DNA from: Macrostomum hystrix
Taxonomy: Eukaryota > Animalia > Platyhelminthes
Assembly (NCBI GenBank): GCA_950097015.1
Contig: CATNEN010000007.1
Location: forward strand, 3,410,001 to 3,474,000
DNA length: 64,000 nt
Direction: 5' to 3'
Shown: piece after piece, positions 35,826-49,560 of the stretch
Numbering within the stretch: position 1 is the stretch's first letter
Layout of the letters: each line of letters starts with the position of its first letter
Notes under the pieces: generated by a model
What the model was told of the DNA's origin: nothing
Seen by the model: only the letters and a program-made list of their open reading frames with translations
Databases searched by the model: none
Made by a program: the position numbers and the translations under genes

Positions 35826-37304
35826 AGCTGAAGTTGCAATCCTGTTCCTTATCGAGGAATGAAAGCGGGACCTTGATTTGCTGACCAAACAAAATTGAAC
35901 GGACCAACAAGTTTACTAAACTGAAGCTCAAAGCCGCTAAAAAGTTCAAACGAAAGTTTCCACCGTCAAATGTACTTAGGTGCGGTGTTAAAAATTCACG
36001 TCAGCAACAGTAAATTGACTTTGCCAGAGAAACAGTTTTAGAAAAAGCTGAATAGTTTCTTGGCAAAGGCGGTGCAGCAAGCATGGACCCTGCAAGACCA
36101 GCAGGGATTCTCCGCCATCAAGGGAGGATGGAAATGGGGGTTTCATGTCCAAAGCATTCCCTCTCCATCCATTCTGCTTCAAGCGTCATTTTGATCGATT
36201 AAGTTGCCTTCTTCCAATGATTTGAACGCCGCCTGGGGGTCCGGAGGATCAGTTCCTGACAGCTGACACTTCCCAATGTCCCAGCCATGCCAATAGCCGA
36301 CAACCAGACCTAAAGAAAAAAGCTCCGAGATATAAAAGTTTTTCCGAGTGGAATCGGATTCGCTATAAATAGAATGCGCCTCTTAAGAAACAATCGAAGA
36401 TGTTTCTGGGCTGCGTCTGAGCTGGTTTTGGGGTTTTTCCAAGCGGAGAACCGCAGAGAAAAAATCAAGGCAAAAAGCAGTGCTAAGATTGCGCAAAAAA
36501 TCCAACAGTTGAACAGCAGCCTCTCCTCCTGTCCTGTCTTTTCTCTCGGTCCTCTATCCCCACAATCTAAGGAGCCGGCGACAACGTCCCTTGGTGTCTT
36601 CATTCGCGTTCCAACCCAATAGATCTCCGCGCGCCACCCCACAACCAAATTTGAAAGCGACCTCTCAGCCATTGGCTCCCACGCCTGCAGGTCCTGTCTG
36701 ATGCGCGGTTAGGAAGAGACCTCACAGGGCGGGGGTTGGGAGGCTGCGCTGCTTGAAGGAGAAGGCAAAAATGCTGCTGTTTTGTTGCCACCTGCCTCAC
36801 AGCCGATTGAAGTCTCCCATTGAGCTGAGACAGTCACAAGTTTTGCGGCCTCCGTGCGACTCTCCCATTTCCCCTTCAAGCCGGCGCTCCCAACCTTCCA
36901 AGCGCTCCTAAAAGCTGCTCCTGAATCGGTTGCTGCAGCCTCCTCCTCCGCGGGCGCCAGAGCTCCGATCCGCGCGGAGGAAGCGTCAACAGTGACGAGA
37001 CGTGAGAGGCCGCGCTAGGAAAAAACAGCAGCAGAAAGTTCTCCCCAGACTCAGCTCGCAGCTCTGCTTCGCCAAACCCAGCTTCTGGAAAACAAAGGAC
37101 TTTATTTAGACCTTTGAATTCGCTATTGTGAGGTTGGGCTGTGCGGAGCAGCTGGATTAAAGACAGGCGGAAGGTAGTGGAGCTGACAAGAGCCCTGGGC
37201 GTTTGCCAGCATACAACAGGCGAGATCGAAGCCAGTCGCTGCTCTGATCGATAGAGTGACTGACATTTTGCGGTGCCTGTAGCTCATCTGCCGGTACCGT
37301 TACC

Positions 37305-38248
37305 ATGCAGTCGCTGTGCCTAGCAACCCTGACTATGGCGATGGTTTTTCTGATGCTCGGTGCGGCGCAGTCGATGGCAGCAACGCGAAATTATACGAAC
37401 ATTGTGGACCGCATCGTGGGTCACATTTTCACCAACTACAACAAGCACCAGAGACCTGTGCCAGCCAGCAAGCAGAACAAGGACGGCACGCTGGAGGAGG
37501 ACCCGACCCTGGTGCTCGTGAACATGAAAATCCTCAGCATCAACAAGGTCGACGTCATCAACATGGAGTTCACTCTAGACATGTACCTGAGGCAGTTCTG
37601 GCGCGACAGACGCCTCAGCTGGGAGAACATTCCGCAGTTCAAATTCTACAACGACTCCATCGCCATCCCGGCCAAGAAGGAGCACCTGTGGCTGCCGGAT
37701 CTGTTCTTTCGCAATGGCAAGCAGGGCTACCTGCACGAGATGACGCAGCCAAACTACCTGATACGCGTGGAGCCAAACGGGCAAATCCTGTACTCACAGA
37801 AGGTCACAATGAGGTACGCCTGCCAGATGCAGCTGCAGACGTTCCCTATGGACACACAGACCTGCACTGTGAACATCGGCAGCTACGGCTACACCACCCG
37901 CAACCTGCTGTTCCGATGGAAGCGCGACGAGGACAAGGACGCCGTGGAGCTGGACACCATGCAGATCTCCGAGTTCAACACGCCGAGCAAAGCTGAGATC
38001 ATCGACTGCACCAGCGGCAGCGCCACCAGCACCGGCAGCTACGCCTGCCTGAAGGTCGTCTTCAAACTGGAGCGACAACTAGGTAGCTACCTGTCCAGCA
38101 CCTACATTCCAGCCATCCTCATCGTGACGGTCAGCTGGCTGAACTTCTGGATCAGCGTGGAGGCCATACCAGCCCGGGTGTCCTTGGGTGTGCTCACACT
38201 GCTCGGTATCCTCACTCAGGGCATGTCAGTCATCAACAACTTGCCCAG
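37305..38248 (+). CDS. Anion-selective Cys-loop receptor (GluCl/GlyR-like), first exon A: signal peptide, ligand-binding domain, M1, M2
   Basis: Hydrophobic leader; WLPDLFFRN loop A; Cys-loop CQMQLQTFPMDTQTC; loop B SYGYT; second Cys pair CTSGSATSTGSYAC; M1 YIPAILIVTVSWLNFWI; PAR anion filter (AIPARVSLG). Ends CCC AG|GTGAGT (phase 2). Confidence 0.93.
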
Positions 38249-38992
38249 GTGAGTGCACGCACGAATTTGGGTGTGCTTTTGTTTTCCGGCCAACACAGGT
38301 AGGCCACGCAGAGGCGGCGTGCAATCCGATCGCAATTAGCGAAAGCCTTCTTGACCCGGCATGCCGGCCCAGTGTCTAACCCGAGTCTTCATTACCTCTT
38401 CTTCTCATGCCTCACTCTCGACTCGCGGCCACCCAAACTCTCTTAGCCTGCCTGGGGACGGAGAGAAGCGGAGACAGGGAGGAAATCTTCGGTCCGAGTC
38501 TCCTTTTTGCTTATCCCTGTGTCTCACGCCTCTAGCCGGGTAATTGTGTTGGTGTGTCAAAATTTGCCCAGCGCTCGCCCTCTATCTATCTGCATGGGCG
38601 TGCCTCTGAGCAGAGCTCACACAGACTCACAAGAAGTAGCCCCCCTCCTCCAGACTCAGCGGCCACGACTAAAGCCACTAATTGCGGATTCGGGCCTGCT
38701 CTGTGAGCTGTTTCTTACGTCCGTATGTTCGAGGCCCGCGCCTTCTACACTTCCTCGTAGCCTCTTGACTCTCTTAGGCTACTAAATTTTGCTTCAAGTA
38801 GCAGGTGCCGAGCCAGCTTCCCCCCTTCGGCCGTGTCGTCATGCTTGGCGCAGAGCGTTGAGTGGACCGAAAATTTTATTCGAATGAACTTTCCTTGCCA
38901 AGCGCCAAGCGCTTCTACTTCCATAAAGTCTCAATTAGGTGCACTGGAGCATGTGACGCTGTACAGTATATAATCTACCTGACTTGTCTGAG

Positions 38993-39781
38993 TTATACAC
39001 CATCCTGAGCTATACCATCCTGAGCTATACCATCCTGAGCTATACCATCCTGAGCTATACCATCCTGAGCTACACCATCCTGAGCTATACCATCCTGAGC
39101 TATACCATCCTGAGCTACACCATCCTGAGCTATACCATCCTGAGCTATACCATCCTGAGCTATACCATCCTGAGCTATACCATCCTGAGCTACACCATCC
39201 TGAGCTATACCATCCTGAGCTATACCATCCTGAGCTATACCATCCTGAGCTATACCATCCTGAGCTATACCATCCTGAGCTATACCATCCTGAGCTATAC
39301 CATCCTGAGCTATACCATCCTGAGCTATACCATCCTGAGCTATACCATCCTGAGCTATACCATCCTGAGCTATACCATCCTGAGCTATACCATCCTGAGC
39401 TATACCATCCTGAGCTATACCATCCTGAGCTATACCATCCTGAGCTATACCATCCTGAGCTATACCATCCTGAGCTATACCATCCTGAGCTATACCATCC
39501 TGAGCTATACCATCCTGAGCTATACCATCCTGAGCTATACCATCCTGAGCTATACCATCCTGAGCTATACCATCCTGAGCTATACCATCCTGAGCTATAC
39601 CATCCTGAGCTATACCATCCTGAGCTATACCATCCTGAGCTATACCATCCTGAGCTATACCATCCTGAGCTATACCATCCTGAGCTATACCATCCTGAGC
39701 TATACCATCCTGAGCTATACCATCCTGAGCTATACCATCCTGAGCTATACCATCCTGAGCTATACCATCCTGAGCTATACC
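38993..39781. repeat. Highly homogeneous 15-bp minisatellite (CTATACCATCCTGAG)n
   Basis: About 50 near-identical units; explains the three 260-300 aa pseudo-ORFs. Confidence 0.97.
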
Positions 39782-40126
39782 TAACATCGCTCCAGTCTTC
39801 CGTCAGATAAGAAGTAGAGCGTTGTACTATTTGCACTCGCCGACCTCGCTGGGCTGATAAGTCAACATGGCGACTCTAAATTCGTACCATTTTTCCGCTA
39901 GAAAGTTTTCTCTAGGCCAATGGAATAGAGTGTAATTGGTTCTCGCATTTTCATGCAAGCCTCAGTATTAGCCTGCACTCTTTCCAAGTATTAAGTTCGA
40001 ACCGATCGGCGATTCCAGCATAGAGTCTATTGCTCATGGGGCATGTTTCGACTTCATTCTGAGTAATACTCGTAATACTTGTTATACCGAGCAATAAAAA
40101 TAGTAGCACAGCCGGAGCCATTGCGC

Positions 40127-40315
40127 GGCGCAACTGAAGGCTGCGTAAGGCTGTTCAGTCCATGGACTGGGGGGGACGCCACACCCACCCTCAATTACCC
40201 CAGCTAATGCTGGTACCCATTTAACATCTGGGTGAACTGAAGCAATGCAGAGTTAAGTGTTCTTAAAAATTGTTCCAGTAGAGTCGGGAATCGAACCCCC
40301 GACCTCAAGTAATGA
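40127..40315 (-). mobile_element. SINE copy (B-box, CORE-like domain and tail; A-box end missing)
   Basis: Reverse complement aligns with 16100-16292 (ggttcgattccc...cagttcacccag...aaatgggtaccagc...cagtccatggactgaacag...cagccttcag). Confidence 0.72.
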
Positions 40316-40329
40316 ATATGGATTTTTTA

Positions 40330-41760
40330 GATCGGGATAGCAATAGACACATCCAAGGGGATAAGATTGGGATAACAATAGACACATCCAAGGGGATAAG
40401 ATTGGGATAACAATAGACACATCCAAAGGGATAAGATTAACAATAGACACATCCAAGGGGATGATATTGGGATAACAATAGACACATCCAAAGGGATAAG
40501 ATTGGGACAGCAATAGACACATCCAAAGGGATAAGATTGGGATAACAATACACATCCAAGGGGATAAGATTGGGATAACAATAGACACATCCAAGGGCAT
40601 AAGATTGGGATAACAATTGACACATCCAAAGGGATAAGATCGGGATAGCAATAGACACATCCAAAGGGATAAGATTGGGATAACAATAGACACATCCAAG
40701 GGCATAAGATTGGGATAACAATACACATCCAAGGGGATAAGATTGGGATAACAATAGACACATCCAAGGGGATAATATTGGGATAACAATAGACACATCC
40801 AAGGGCATAAGATTGGGATAACAATAGACACATCCAAGGGGATAAGATTGGGATAACAATACACATCCAAGGGCATAAGATTGGGATAACAATAGACACA
40901 TCCAAGGGGATAATATTGGGATAACAATAGACACATCCAAGGGGATAAGATTGGGATAACAATAGACACATCCAAGGGGATAAGATTGGGATAACAATAG
41001 ACACATCCAAGGGGATAAGATCGGGATAGCAATAGACACATCCAAAGGGATAAGATTGGAATAACAATAGACACATCCAAGGGGATAAGATTGGGATAAC
41101 AATAGACACATCCAAGGGCATAAGATTGGGATAACAATACACATCCAAGGGGATAAGATTGGGATAACAATAGACACATCCAAGGGGATAAGATTGGGAT
41201 AACAATAGACACATCCAAGGGGATAAGATTGGGATAACAATAGACACATCCAAGGGCATAAGATTAGGATAACAATTGACACTTCCAAAGGGATAAGATC
41301 GGGATAGCAATAGACACATCCAAAGGGATAAGATTGGGATAGCAATAGACACATCCAAAGGGATAAGATTGGGATAGCAATACACATCCAAGGGGATAAG
41401 ATTGGGATAACAATAGACACATCCAAGGGGATAAGATTAGGATAACAATTGACACTTCCAAAGGGATAAGATCGGGATAGCAATTGACACTTCCAAAGGG
41501 ATAAGATCGGGATAGCAATAGACACATCCAAAGGGATAAGATTGGGATAGCAATACACATCCAAGGGGATAAGATTGGGATAACAATAGACACATCCAAG
41601 GGCATAAGATCGGGATAGCAATAGACACATCCAAAGGGATAAGATTGGGATAACAATACACATCCAAGGGGATAAGATTGGGATAACAATAGACACATCC
41701 AAGGGGATAAGATTGGGATAACAATAGACACATCCAAGGGGATAAGATTGGGATAACAAT
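40330..41760. repeat. 35/33-bp minisatellite (GGGATAAGATTGGGATAACAATAGACACATCCAAG)n
   Basis: Directly visible; flanked on both sides by SINE segments. Confidence 0.95.
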
Positions 41761-41773
41761 ATACTGGATCTGG

Positions 41774-41894
41774 CTGGGTGAACTGAAGCAATGCAAGGTT
41801 AAGTGTCCTTACACATTGTTCCAGAGGAGTCGGGAATCGAACCCCCGACCTTCAAGTAATGAGTCCGACGCACCAACAACTAGGCTACGACCCC
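41774..41894 (-). mobile_element. SINE 5' half (tRNA-like head with A and B boxes, partial CORE-like domain)
   Basis: Reverse complement: ggggtcgTAGCCTAGTTGttggtgcgtcggactcattacttgaaggtcgggGGTTCGATTCccgactcc...tgcattgcttcagttcacccag. Confidence 0.7.
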
Positions 41895-42084
41895 CGTCTA
41901 CCACCCTCTCTTCACCTACACCAACCAATATTAATAGTACTAAAATGGTATTAATATAGTGCATGGGCTCTCAATATAGAATCGAGTAATAGGCGCCCGC
42001 CCTCGCTCTTAGCTCTTAGCGCTCTTAGCGAACGTCTTGTCCCTGAATGAGGCAAGGCTGAGTAGATCAAAGGCGACACTGAGG

Positions 42085-42995
42085 ATATAATGAACATTGT
42101 CTTGACGTTCTGGGGACAGTTAATGTACTCGTACATAGTCTTGACTTTGTGGGGTCAGTTCATGTACATAGTCTTGACTTTGTGGGGTCAGTTCATGTAC
42201 ATAGTCCTGACGTTCTGGGGTCAGTTAATGTACATTGTCTTGACGTTCTGGGGTCAGTTAGTGTACATTGTCTTGACGTTCTGGAGTCAGTTAGTGTACA
42301 AAGTCTTGACGTTCTGGGGTCAGTTAGTGTACATTTTCTTGACGTTCTGGAGTCAGTTAGTGTACAAAGTCTTGACGTTCTGGGGTTGGTTAATGTACAA
42401 AGTCTTGACTTTGTGGGGTCAGTTAATGTACATAGTCTTGACTTTGTGGGGTCAGTTAATGTACAAAGTCTTGACGTTCTGGGGTTGGTTAATGTACATT
42501 GTCTTGACGTTCTGGGGTCAGTTAGTGTACATTGTCTTGACGTTCTGGAGTCAGTTAGTGTACAAAGTCTTGACGTTCTGGGGTTGGTTAATGTACAAAG
42601 TCTTGACTTTGTGGGGTCAGTTAATGTACATAGTCTTGACTTTGTGGGGTCAGTTAATGTACAAAGTCTTGACGTTCTGGGGTTGGTTAATGTACAAAGT
42701 CTTGACTTTGTGGGGTCAGTTAATGTACATAGTCTTGACTTTGTGGGGTCAGTTAATGTACAAAGTCTTGACGTTCTGGGGTTGGTTAATGTACAAAGTC
42801 TTGACGTTCTGGGGTTGGTTAATGTACAAAGTCTTGACTTTGTGGGGTCAGTTAATGTACATCGTCTTGACTTTGTGGGGTCAGTTAATGTACATTGTCT
42901 TGACGTTCTGGGGTCAGTTAATGTACATAGTCTTGATGTTCTGGGGTCATTTAATGTACATAGTCCTGACGTTCTGGGGTCAGTTAATGTACATA
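42085..42995. repeat. 33-bp minisatellite (TGTACATAGTCTTGACTTTGTGGGGTCAGTTAA)n
   Basis: Directly visible tandem array. Confidence 0.95.
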
Positions 42996-43599
42996 GTTTA
43001 GAGTTGACTTGACTGCGTTCCGACGGGGAGTTCAAGCAGTAATTTAACTAATCAAATGCGATATAACTGTCGGCCTCACTCTAACTGGATTGTCCCATTG
43101 GTGGTTTCAGAGTCCATACTCGTAGCAGACTTCTTCGACAGGTTTATTCAGTGGAGTTATGTTTCTATGCTCACATCAGGCTCACTGCACAGAGCTGTTG
43201 AATCTGGCTTAGATTCCAACTGCTCAATGCATTATGCTGAAGCGAATTAGTGTCAGGTTACCAGCGCTGTGGTTCATGAAGTCCCGATGCCAGCTGTCGC
43301 ACGGCATGAGACTCAAGCTAACAATGAGACCAAATATTGGCAGATTCTGAGTTTGGAGGCTCCGTCCAATTTGAAAAGTGACACAGCGCCTTCATTAGTT
43401 TTGCTTCTCTGCTGAACTTCTTGGTGGATTTTCGGCAATCAGTGATCGAGCAGGACCTTCGAATTCTGGTGCAAGGAAGGAGACTTTCAGTAACCTAGTT
43501 TGCCTGCTATAAATTTAGCTAAGAGAATGGCATGACAAGCAGCCGTGCAGCTTTTAGCGTGTAGAGTAGAGTTGAGCTTTACCACAGGGCACACTTTGA

Positions 43600-44650
43600 G
43601 TCGGGACGCTGAACTGTCGCACTTTCAAGGCCGCCTGGCGGAGAGGGTCGCTGGATAAGCCAGCGCTCGACCTCAGCTGTGACGTCAGCACGCTTCGGGA
43701 CGTGTCTATCTGAACCGAGCCTGCACTTCATTGTGAGGACCTAGGCACTTTGGTTAACCTCAGCGGATCAACGGGGCCATGGAGGAGTCGCAGTGCGGAT
43801 TGGCCCGAGACTGCAGCAGAGCTTTCGCTGCTTTTCCTTATCCCCCGGATGGCTCTGGTAGACGTTCTGCATTTACGCGCCAACTGCAACCCGCCCATGG
43901 AGGCTCAGGAGCTCTTCGAGCTGCTCTCTGCGTGCGTGTAGGAGACACAGTGGTCGTCCTCGGAGACCTAAATGCAGTTCCGCGTAGGTCCGAGTGGTCG
44001 CTGTGACACCCCACGAAAACGGCAGCACTAAAGTGCTGGAGGACTTCCTGGAGTGGCCGGCGCCGGTGCCGGGCAGGTGCCGGTGGTCTGGTAACTGATG
44101 TCCGTGAAGATCTGGTGCATCGCAGCGGGCTCGCCTGTCTGCATTTCGTTCTATGGGGGCATTCTTGCAGTCCGAGAGACCCTACCGTGATTGCCAGAGG
44201 GAGCTGCGCTGTTCCAGGCGGTGTGGTTGAAACCGGCAGAGACCTGGACGCTGACGGACTCGCTCGAACAGTAAGTAAACGCGGTGCACGCCGGCCTGCT
44301 GCGCGCCGCCTTGAAGATCATCGACGAGCGAGTCACTGACGCGTCGATCTATCGCCGCGCCGGCCCTGGCCCGCCTAAGTGAATTGCTGCATCGTCAACG
44401 ACTCCAGCTGGCAGGTCACATCATCCGCGCCGAGTCCTACATCCTGAAGTCGGTGCATGAGGTGCTGCTGGTCACGCTGCAGGCACCCTACTGGCGCGGC
44501 CAGGCCCAAACTTGGCGCGCTTCAACGACTGCCTGCTGGCTGACGCTGGCGCCCCGGACTCTGCCAGGGGTGCGGCTAAACTGCGCTCTGAAACCCTGGG
44601 TTTTGACCTTGATAGCGCGCATTGTTGCTGATGCTGCTGAAATGGACATC
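43600..44650 (+). mobile_element. Decayed, internally deleted non-LTR retrotransposon (LINE) fragment
   Basis: Frameshifted AP-endonuclease motifs IYAPTAT (~43870) and TVVVLGDLNA (~43950). These are followed closely by post-RT motifs TWTLTDSLEQ..HAGLLRAAL and RQRLQLAGHIIRAES, with no RT core between. Confidence 0.65.
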
Positions 44651-46249
44651 CGAAAAGAATTAAATTAAGGAAAATCCGTAGAAGAAGGACTTGGAAGCCT
44701 AAGAAACAGAAGAATATTTCGTTTTGAAAAACTACATGAGCAGTTAACAAGAATCCGCAACGATTTGAAGACCACTAAGGAAAATGCCTAGTTTGCAACT
44801 GCAAGTTGCTGAGACAAAAATAGAAGGCATTAGGAGTTCTTAAATGATAAATAGCCACTTTGTATGGCTCCAACTCGATCAGGGCGATTTTCTCGTCCAA
44901 TTCACACACAAACATGTAGCAATATTCCGTAGCACACACACGCTTCTGAGACTAATTTTAGGAAATGAATTGACCCACATCGCTTTCTCTTTTAGCTAGC
45001 CAGGTTAAAAAAAATTCTAACAAAAATGGGATGATAAGCGAGGCTAGTGTAGCACTTCGATTGTAGCGAAGGGTCCGTTGGCAATCAGTTGGGATCTCTA
45101 AACAGATAGCCGAAGATAGGCAAATTGAGCTCGAAAACAGTTGAGTAGATTTAAGCTAAAGCGAGGGACAATTTTAAGGTGCGAGTAGCTTACTAAGTAG
45201 GGTGTGCGGCGAATCGCGAAATCCCTTGCAATTACATAATTTGGAGAACCTCAGAACAAGTCCAAGAATATTCTCAAACATAAGGAATATCGTATAATAT
45301 TTCCTTGGATAAACTATAAACAGCACACTTTCCACGAATCCAATAATTTTAAGAAAGACTATATATTCTTAGAAATTCCTTTTTAAGTGGCTTAACAATT
45401 CCTGGAAAAATTTTGTTTCCCAAAACTATTTTCCACGATTTTTCAACTCTGAACGTTCAATTAGGATTTTAGAAGTTATTCCCAATAAACAAATAACTTC
45501 CGAAACGCAGATTTTATCAAAAAATTCTCATTGACAATTTTACTTTTCTGTTTCTGCCGCTGACTTTCAATTTCCGGAGTTTTCTCCTTTTAATTCGAAT
45601 TTCTCATTTCCTGAAATTTTAGGTTTTTTCAAATTTTAATTGATAAAATTCTTGTCAAATTGTAGGGACTTTATATTTGATTTCCAAATTTTTGCGGTGC
45701 ACAACATATTTCTTCGATTCCAGAGCATTTAAGAGGATTTTTGACTAGACGTGGATTGCAATATTTTTCTCTCTAAGAAAGTAATCTCACCTGCGTGTTT
45801 TTTAACTTCCCGCCTTTCTAGGAAACTGTAAGCGTTTCAACACTAAATTTATTTTTTTCCCAACTGCTGGCATGACACCTCACCATTTTAGACGCAGATT
45901 AATTGTCTGTGAGCAGGCTGTGGTTTGTATTGATACAAAAATGACTGAACGAAAACTGCCGACGGAAATGACCACATTTCATATTGGTATCAAAAAATTT
46001 AATATAAAGGTGACGCACTGCTTGCTGTCAGCCAAATTCATCAGCAAAATAAACTACTTCATTTTAAATAAAATTAAAGAAAGTGAAAAAATCAATCAAC
46101 GATAAGTTGGTCGTTAGATAAAGTGTGTGGATTAGAAACGCAAAATAACACGTCCAAAACATCGCCTGATGCCATCCGCCAGCCTTGATGAGACACTCGG
46201 AGACATTATCTGGATGTGCTCTGCCCGCTATACGATCTCGGACCCCAGC

Positions 46250-48135
46250 TCCCGAGTCGATACTGATTACCAGCCCCCAGCCCTGCAATCGAAAATGATT
46301 CCAGCCCCAATCCCCACTCGATTCTGATTACCAGCCCCGAGCCCCCCAGTCGATAATAATTACCAGCCCCGAGCCCCCCAGTCGATAATAATTACCAGCC
46401 CCGAGCCCCCCAGTCGATAATAATTACCAGCCCCTAGCCCCCCAGTCGATAATAATTACCAGCCCCAATCCCCAGTCGATAATGATTCCAGCCCCAATCC
46501 CCCAGTCGATAATGATTCCAGCCACGAGCCCCCCAGTCGAAAATAATTACCAGCCCCTAGCTCCCCAGTCGAAAATAATTACCAGCCACGAGCCCCCCAG
46601 TCGAAAATAATTACCAGCCCCTAGCCCCCAGTCGATAATAATTACCAGCCACGAGCCCCCCAGTCGAAAATAATTACCAGCCCCTAGCTCCCCAGTCGAA
46701 AATAATTACCAGCCACGAGCCCCCCAGTCGAAAATAATTACCAGCCCCTAGCCCCCCAGTCGAAAATAATTACCAGCCACGAGCCCCCCAGTCGAAAATA
46801 ATTACCAGCCCCTAGCTCCCCAGTCGAAAATAATTACCAGCCACGAGCCCCCCAGTCGAAAATAATTACCAGCCCCTAGCCCCCCAGTCGAAAATAATTA
46901 CCAGCCACGAGCCCCCCAGTCGAAAATAATTACCAGCCACGAGCCCCCCAGTCGAAAATAATTACCAGCCACGAGCCCCCCAGTCGAAAATAATTACCAG
47001 CCACGAGCCCCCCAGTCGAAAATAATTACCAGCCCCTAGCTCCCCAGTCGAAAATAATTACCAGCCACGAGCCCCCCAGTCGAAAATAATTACCAGCCAC
47101 GAGCCCCCCAGTCGAAAATAATTACCAGCCCCTAGCCCCCCAGTCGAAAATAATTACCAGCCCCTAGCCCCCCAGTCGAAAATAATTACCAGCCACGAGC
47201 CCCCCAGTCGAAAATAATTACCAGCCCCTAGCCCCCCAGTCGAAAATAATTACCAGCCACGAGCCCCCCAGTCGAAAATAATTACCAGCCACGAGCCCCC
47301 CAGTCGAAAATAATTACCAGCCCCTAGCCCCCCAGTCGAAAATAATTACCAGCCACGAGCCCCCCAGTCGAAAATAATTACCAGCCACGAGCCCCCCAGT
47401 CGAAAATAATTACCAGCCCCTAGCTCCCCAGTCGAAAATAATTACCAGCCACGAGCCCCCCAGTCGAAAATAATTACCAGCCCCTAGCTCCCCAGTCGAA
47501 AATAATTACCAGCCACGAGCCCCCCAGTCGAAAATAATTACCAGCCCCTAGCCCCCCAGTCGAAAATAATTACCAGCCACGAGCTCCCCAGTCGAAAATA
47601 ATTACCAGCCACGAGCCCCCCAGTCGAAAATAATTACCAGCCCCTAGCCCCCCAGTCGAAAATAATTACCAGCCCCTAGCCCCCCAGTCGAAAATAATTA
47701 CCAGCCACGAGCCCCCCAGTCGAAAATAATTACCAGCCCCTAGCTCCCCAGTCGAAAATAATTACCAGCCCCTAGCCCCCCAGTCGAAAATAATTACCAG
47801 CCCCTAGCCCCCCAGTCGAAAATAATTACCAGCCCCTAGCCCCCCAGTCGAAAATAATTACCAGCCCCTAGCCCCCCAGTCGATACTGAATACCAGCCTC
47901 CAGCCCTGCAATCGATAATGATTCCCGCCCCAATCCCCAGTCGATACTGATTCTAGCCTCAGTCCCGCAGTCGATACTGATTCTAGCCTCAGTCCCGCAG
48001 TCGATACTGATTCTAGCCTCAGTCCCGCAGTCGATACTGATTCTAGCCTCAGTCCCGCAGTCGATACTGATTCTAGCCTCAGTCCCGCAGTCGATACTGA
48101 TTCTAGCCTCAGTCCCGCAGTCGATACTGATTCTA
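46250..48135. repeat. 32-bp minisatellite (CCAGCC(ACG/CCT)AGCCCCCCAGTCGAAAATAATTA)n ending in ~7 exact 30-bp units (TCGATACTGATTCTAGCCTCAGTCCCGCAG)
   Basis: Directly visible; two related unit types. Confidence 0.93.
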
Positions 48136-49560
48136 GCCTCAGTCCCGCAGTCGATACTAATATTGAATTAGAATTTGCCACAAATTTTTCTAATGCTTAT
48201 TACTACAAGTAGCGAGTTTGCACTTCGGTCTTTAAAATGAAATGAAATTCTTGTTTTTTGTTTAAGAAGCAGAACCGGAGTTTGGCCTAGCGCGTGTCTA
48301 TCTGCAGCCATCAAAAGCTGTCCCTCAAACTCACACTCGATCCTCAGCCCCTGAATATTAGCGAGCCCACAATGCGCCCAGCCCATCGCAGCCTCCGCTA
48401 GAGGCAATTTCTGATGAAAATCGATGAAAATCAATACCCCGTACCGGAGCACTCTGTATAAAATAAATGCATACACTATGATGTGTAGCTGCTGCGCGGC
48501 AGTAGATCGGCAGTCTGTTGGATCAGTTTACGTAGACTAAAAGACTTGCATCGCTGCCTACAACCCGTGCGGAATGCTAGTACAATTCTTAAATTTAGAA
48601 AGTTCTTTTGCGTGGCACACCCGATAGCAGCTGCATCGACTCATCCGGAATCCTGGCCTCATCATCCCCTGCCGTTCTGCCCCACTCTCTGTCCCTCTCA
48701 GTCTCTAGCTACTGCTTTCACCTTCATTCACAACAAACCGGAAAGGTGATTTAGAGCGTGAGTGGCTTGACTACTCGCCTTCACGCCTAGTGTGACTGAC
48801 AGCAGCAGCTGCTGCATTGACCAGACCCAGTGTCAGGTCCAGACTCCAGTGTTAGTTGGCCTCACACTTTTACTTGTCCTTCACAAAGCAGTATTCCTAC
48901 CAATACCGTCACCCATTCCGCACTACACGTAAAACTACAGCGCAGAATTGATAATTAAATTCTCGTAGATTTCTCTGTGCTTTTAGGAGAAATAAACATT
49001 GACTCTGAACAGATGTACCACATCCATTTATCTCTACTTCAAGTCTGAGAAGTAGGGAATTATACAGAAAAAAAGAAAACATCTGGGTATTTGAAATAGC
49101 CCAGTGGTCTTCTGATTCTTCATCGATGGAAATGCCCGCATATTTTGTGGATTTGAAGCGCCACACAGTGTTAGTAGACTTTCAAAGCAGAGTTGACGGC
49201 ATTCCGTATGACAACTCGGTGACGAGGCCAGCGAGATAGAGAAAGGCACATAGTGCTTAGTTCCTACCCGTGTCAAGGTTGCTGAGCACTGATTGGTCGA
49301 GAGTTTACTGGGGCGGAGCACAGCACACATCGGGGCTGCCAATTGGACTATTTGGGCAAAGGCGCCTCCCAATGCGACAAGAGCTACTTCAGAAGCTCTG
49401 AGGCTGCACTCGAAGAACCAGAATCCTGAACCATAAGCCGCCAGCAGCACTGCTCACCAGCATGGTCTCAAGGCTGTCCGGCTGAGAATAGGGAGCCAGA
49501 CAGCTTGTCAACGGCAGGAGAGGTCGCGGAAGTGGACAGCCGAGAGCGCCGAGTGACGGC

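Noticed and set aside
38931-43035. Long ORFs of 260-440 aa (SSGWY, LSYTI, QDGIA, YPNLIPLDV, MYIVLTLWGQL repeats)
   Set aside because: Stop-free frames of tandem repeats, open in several frames and on both strands.
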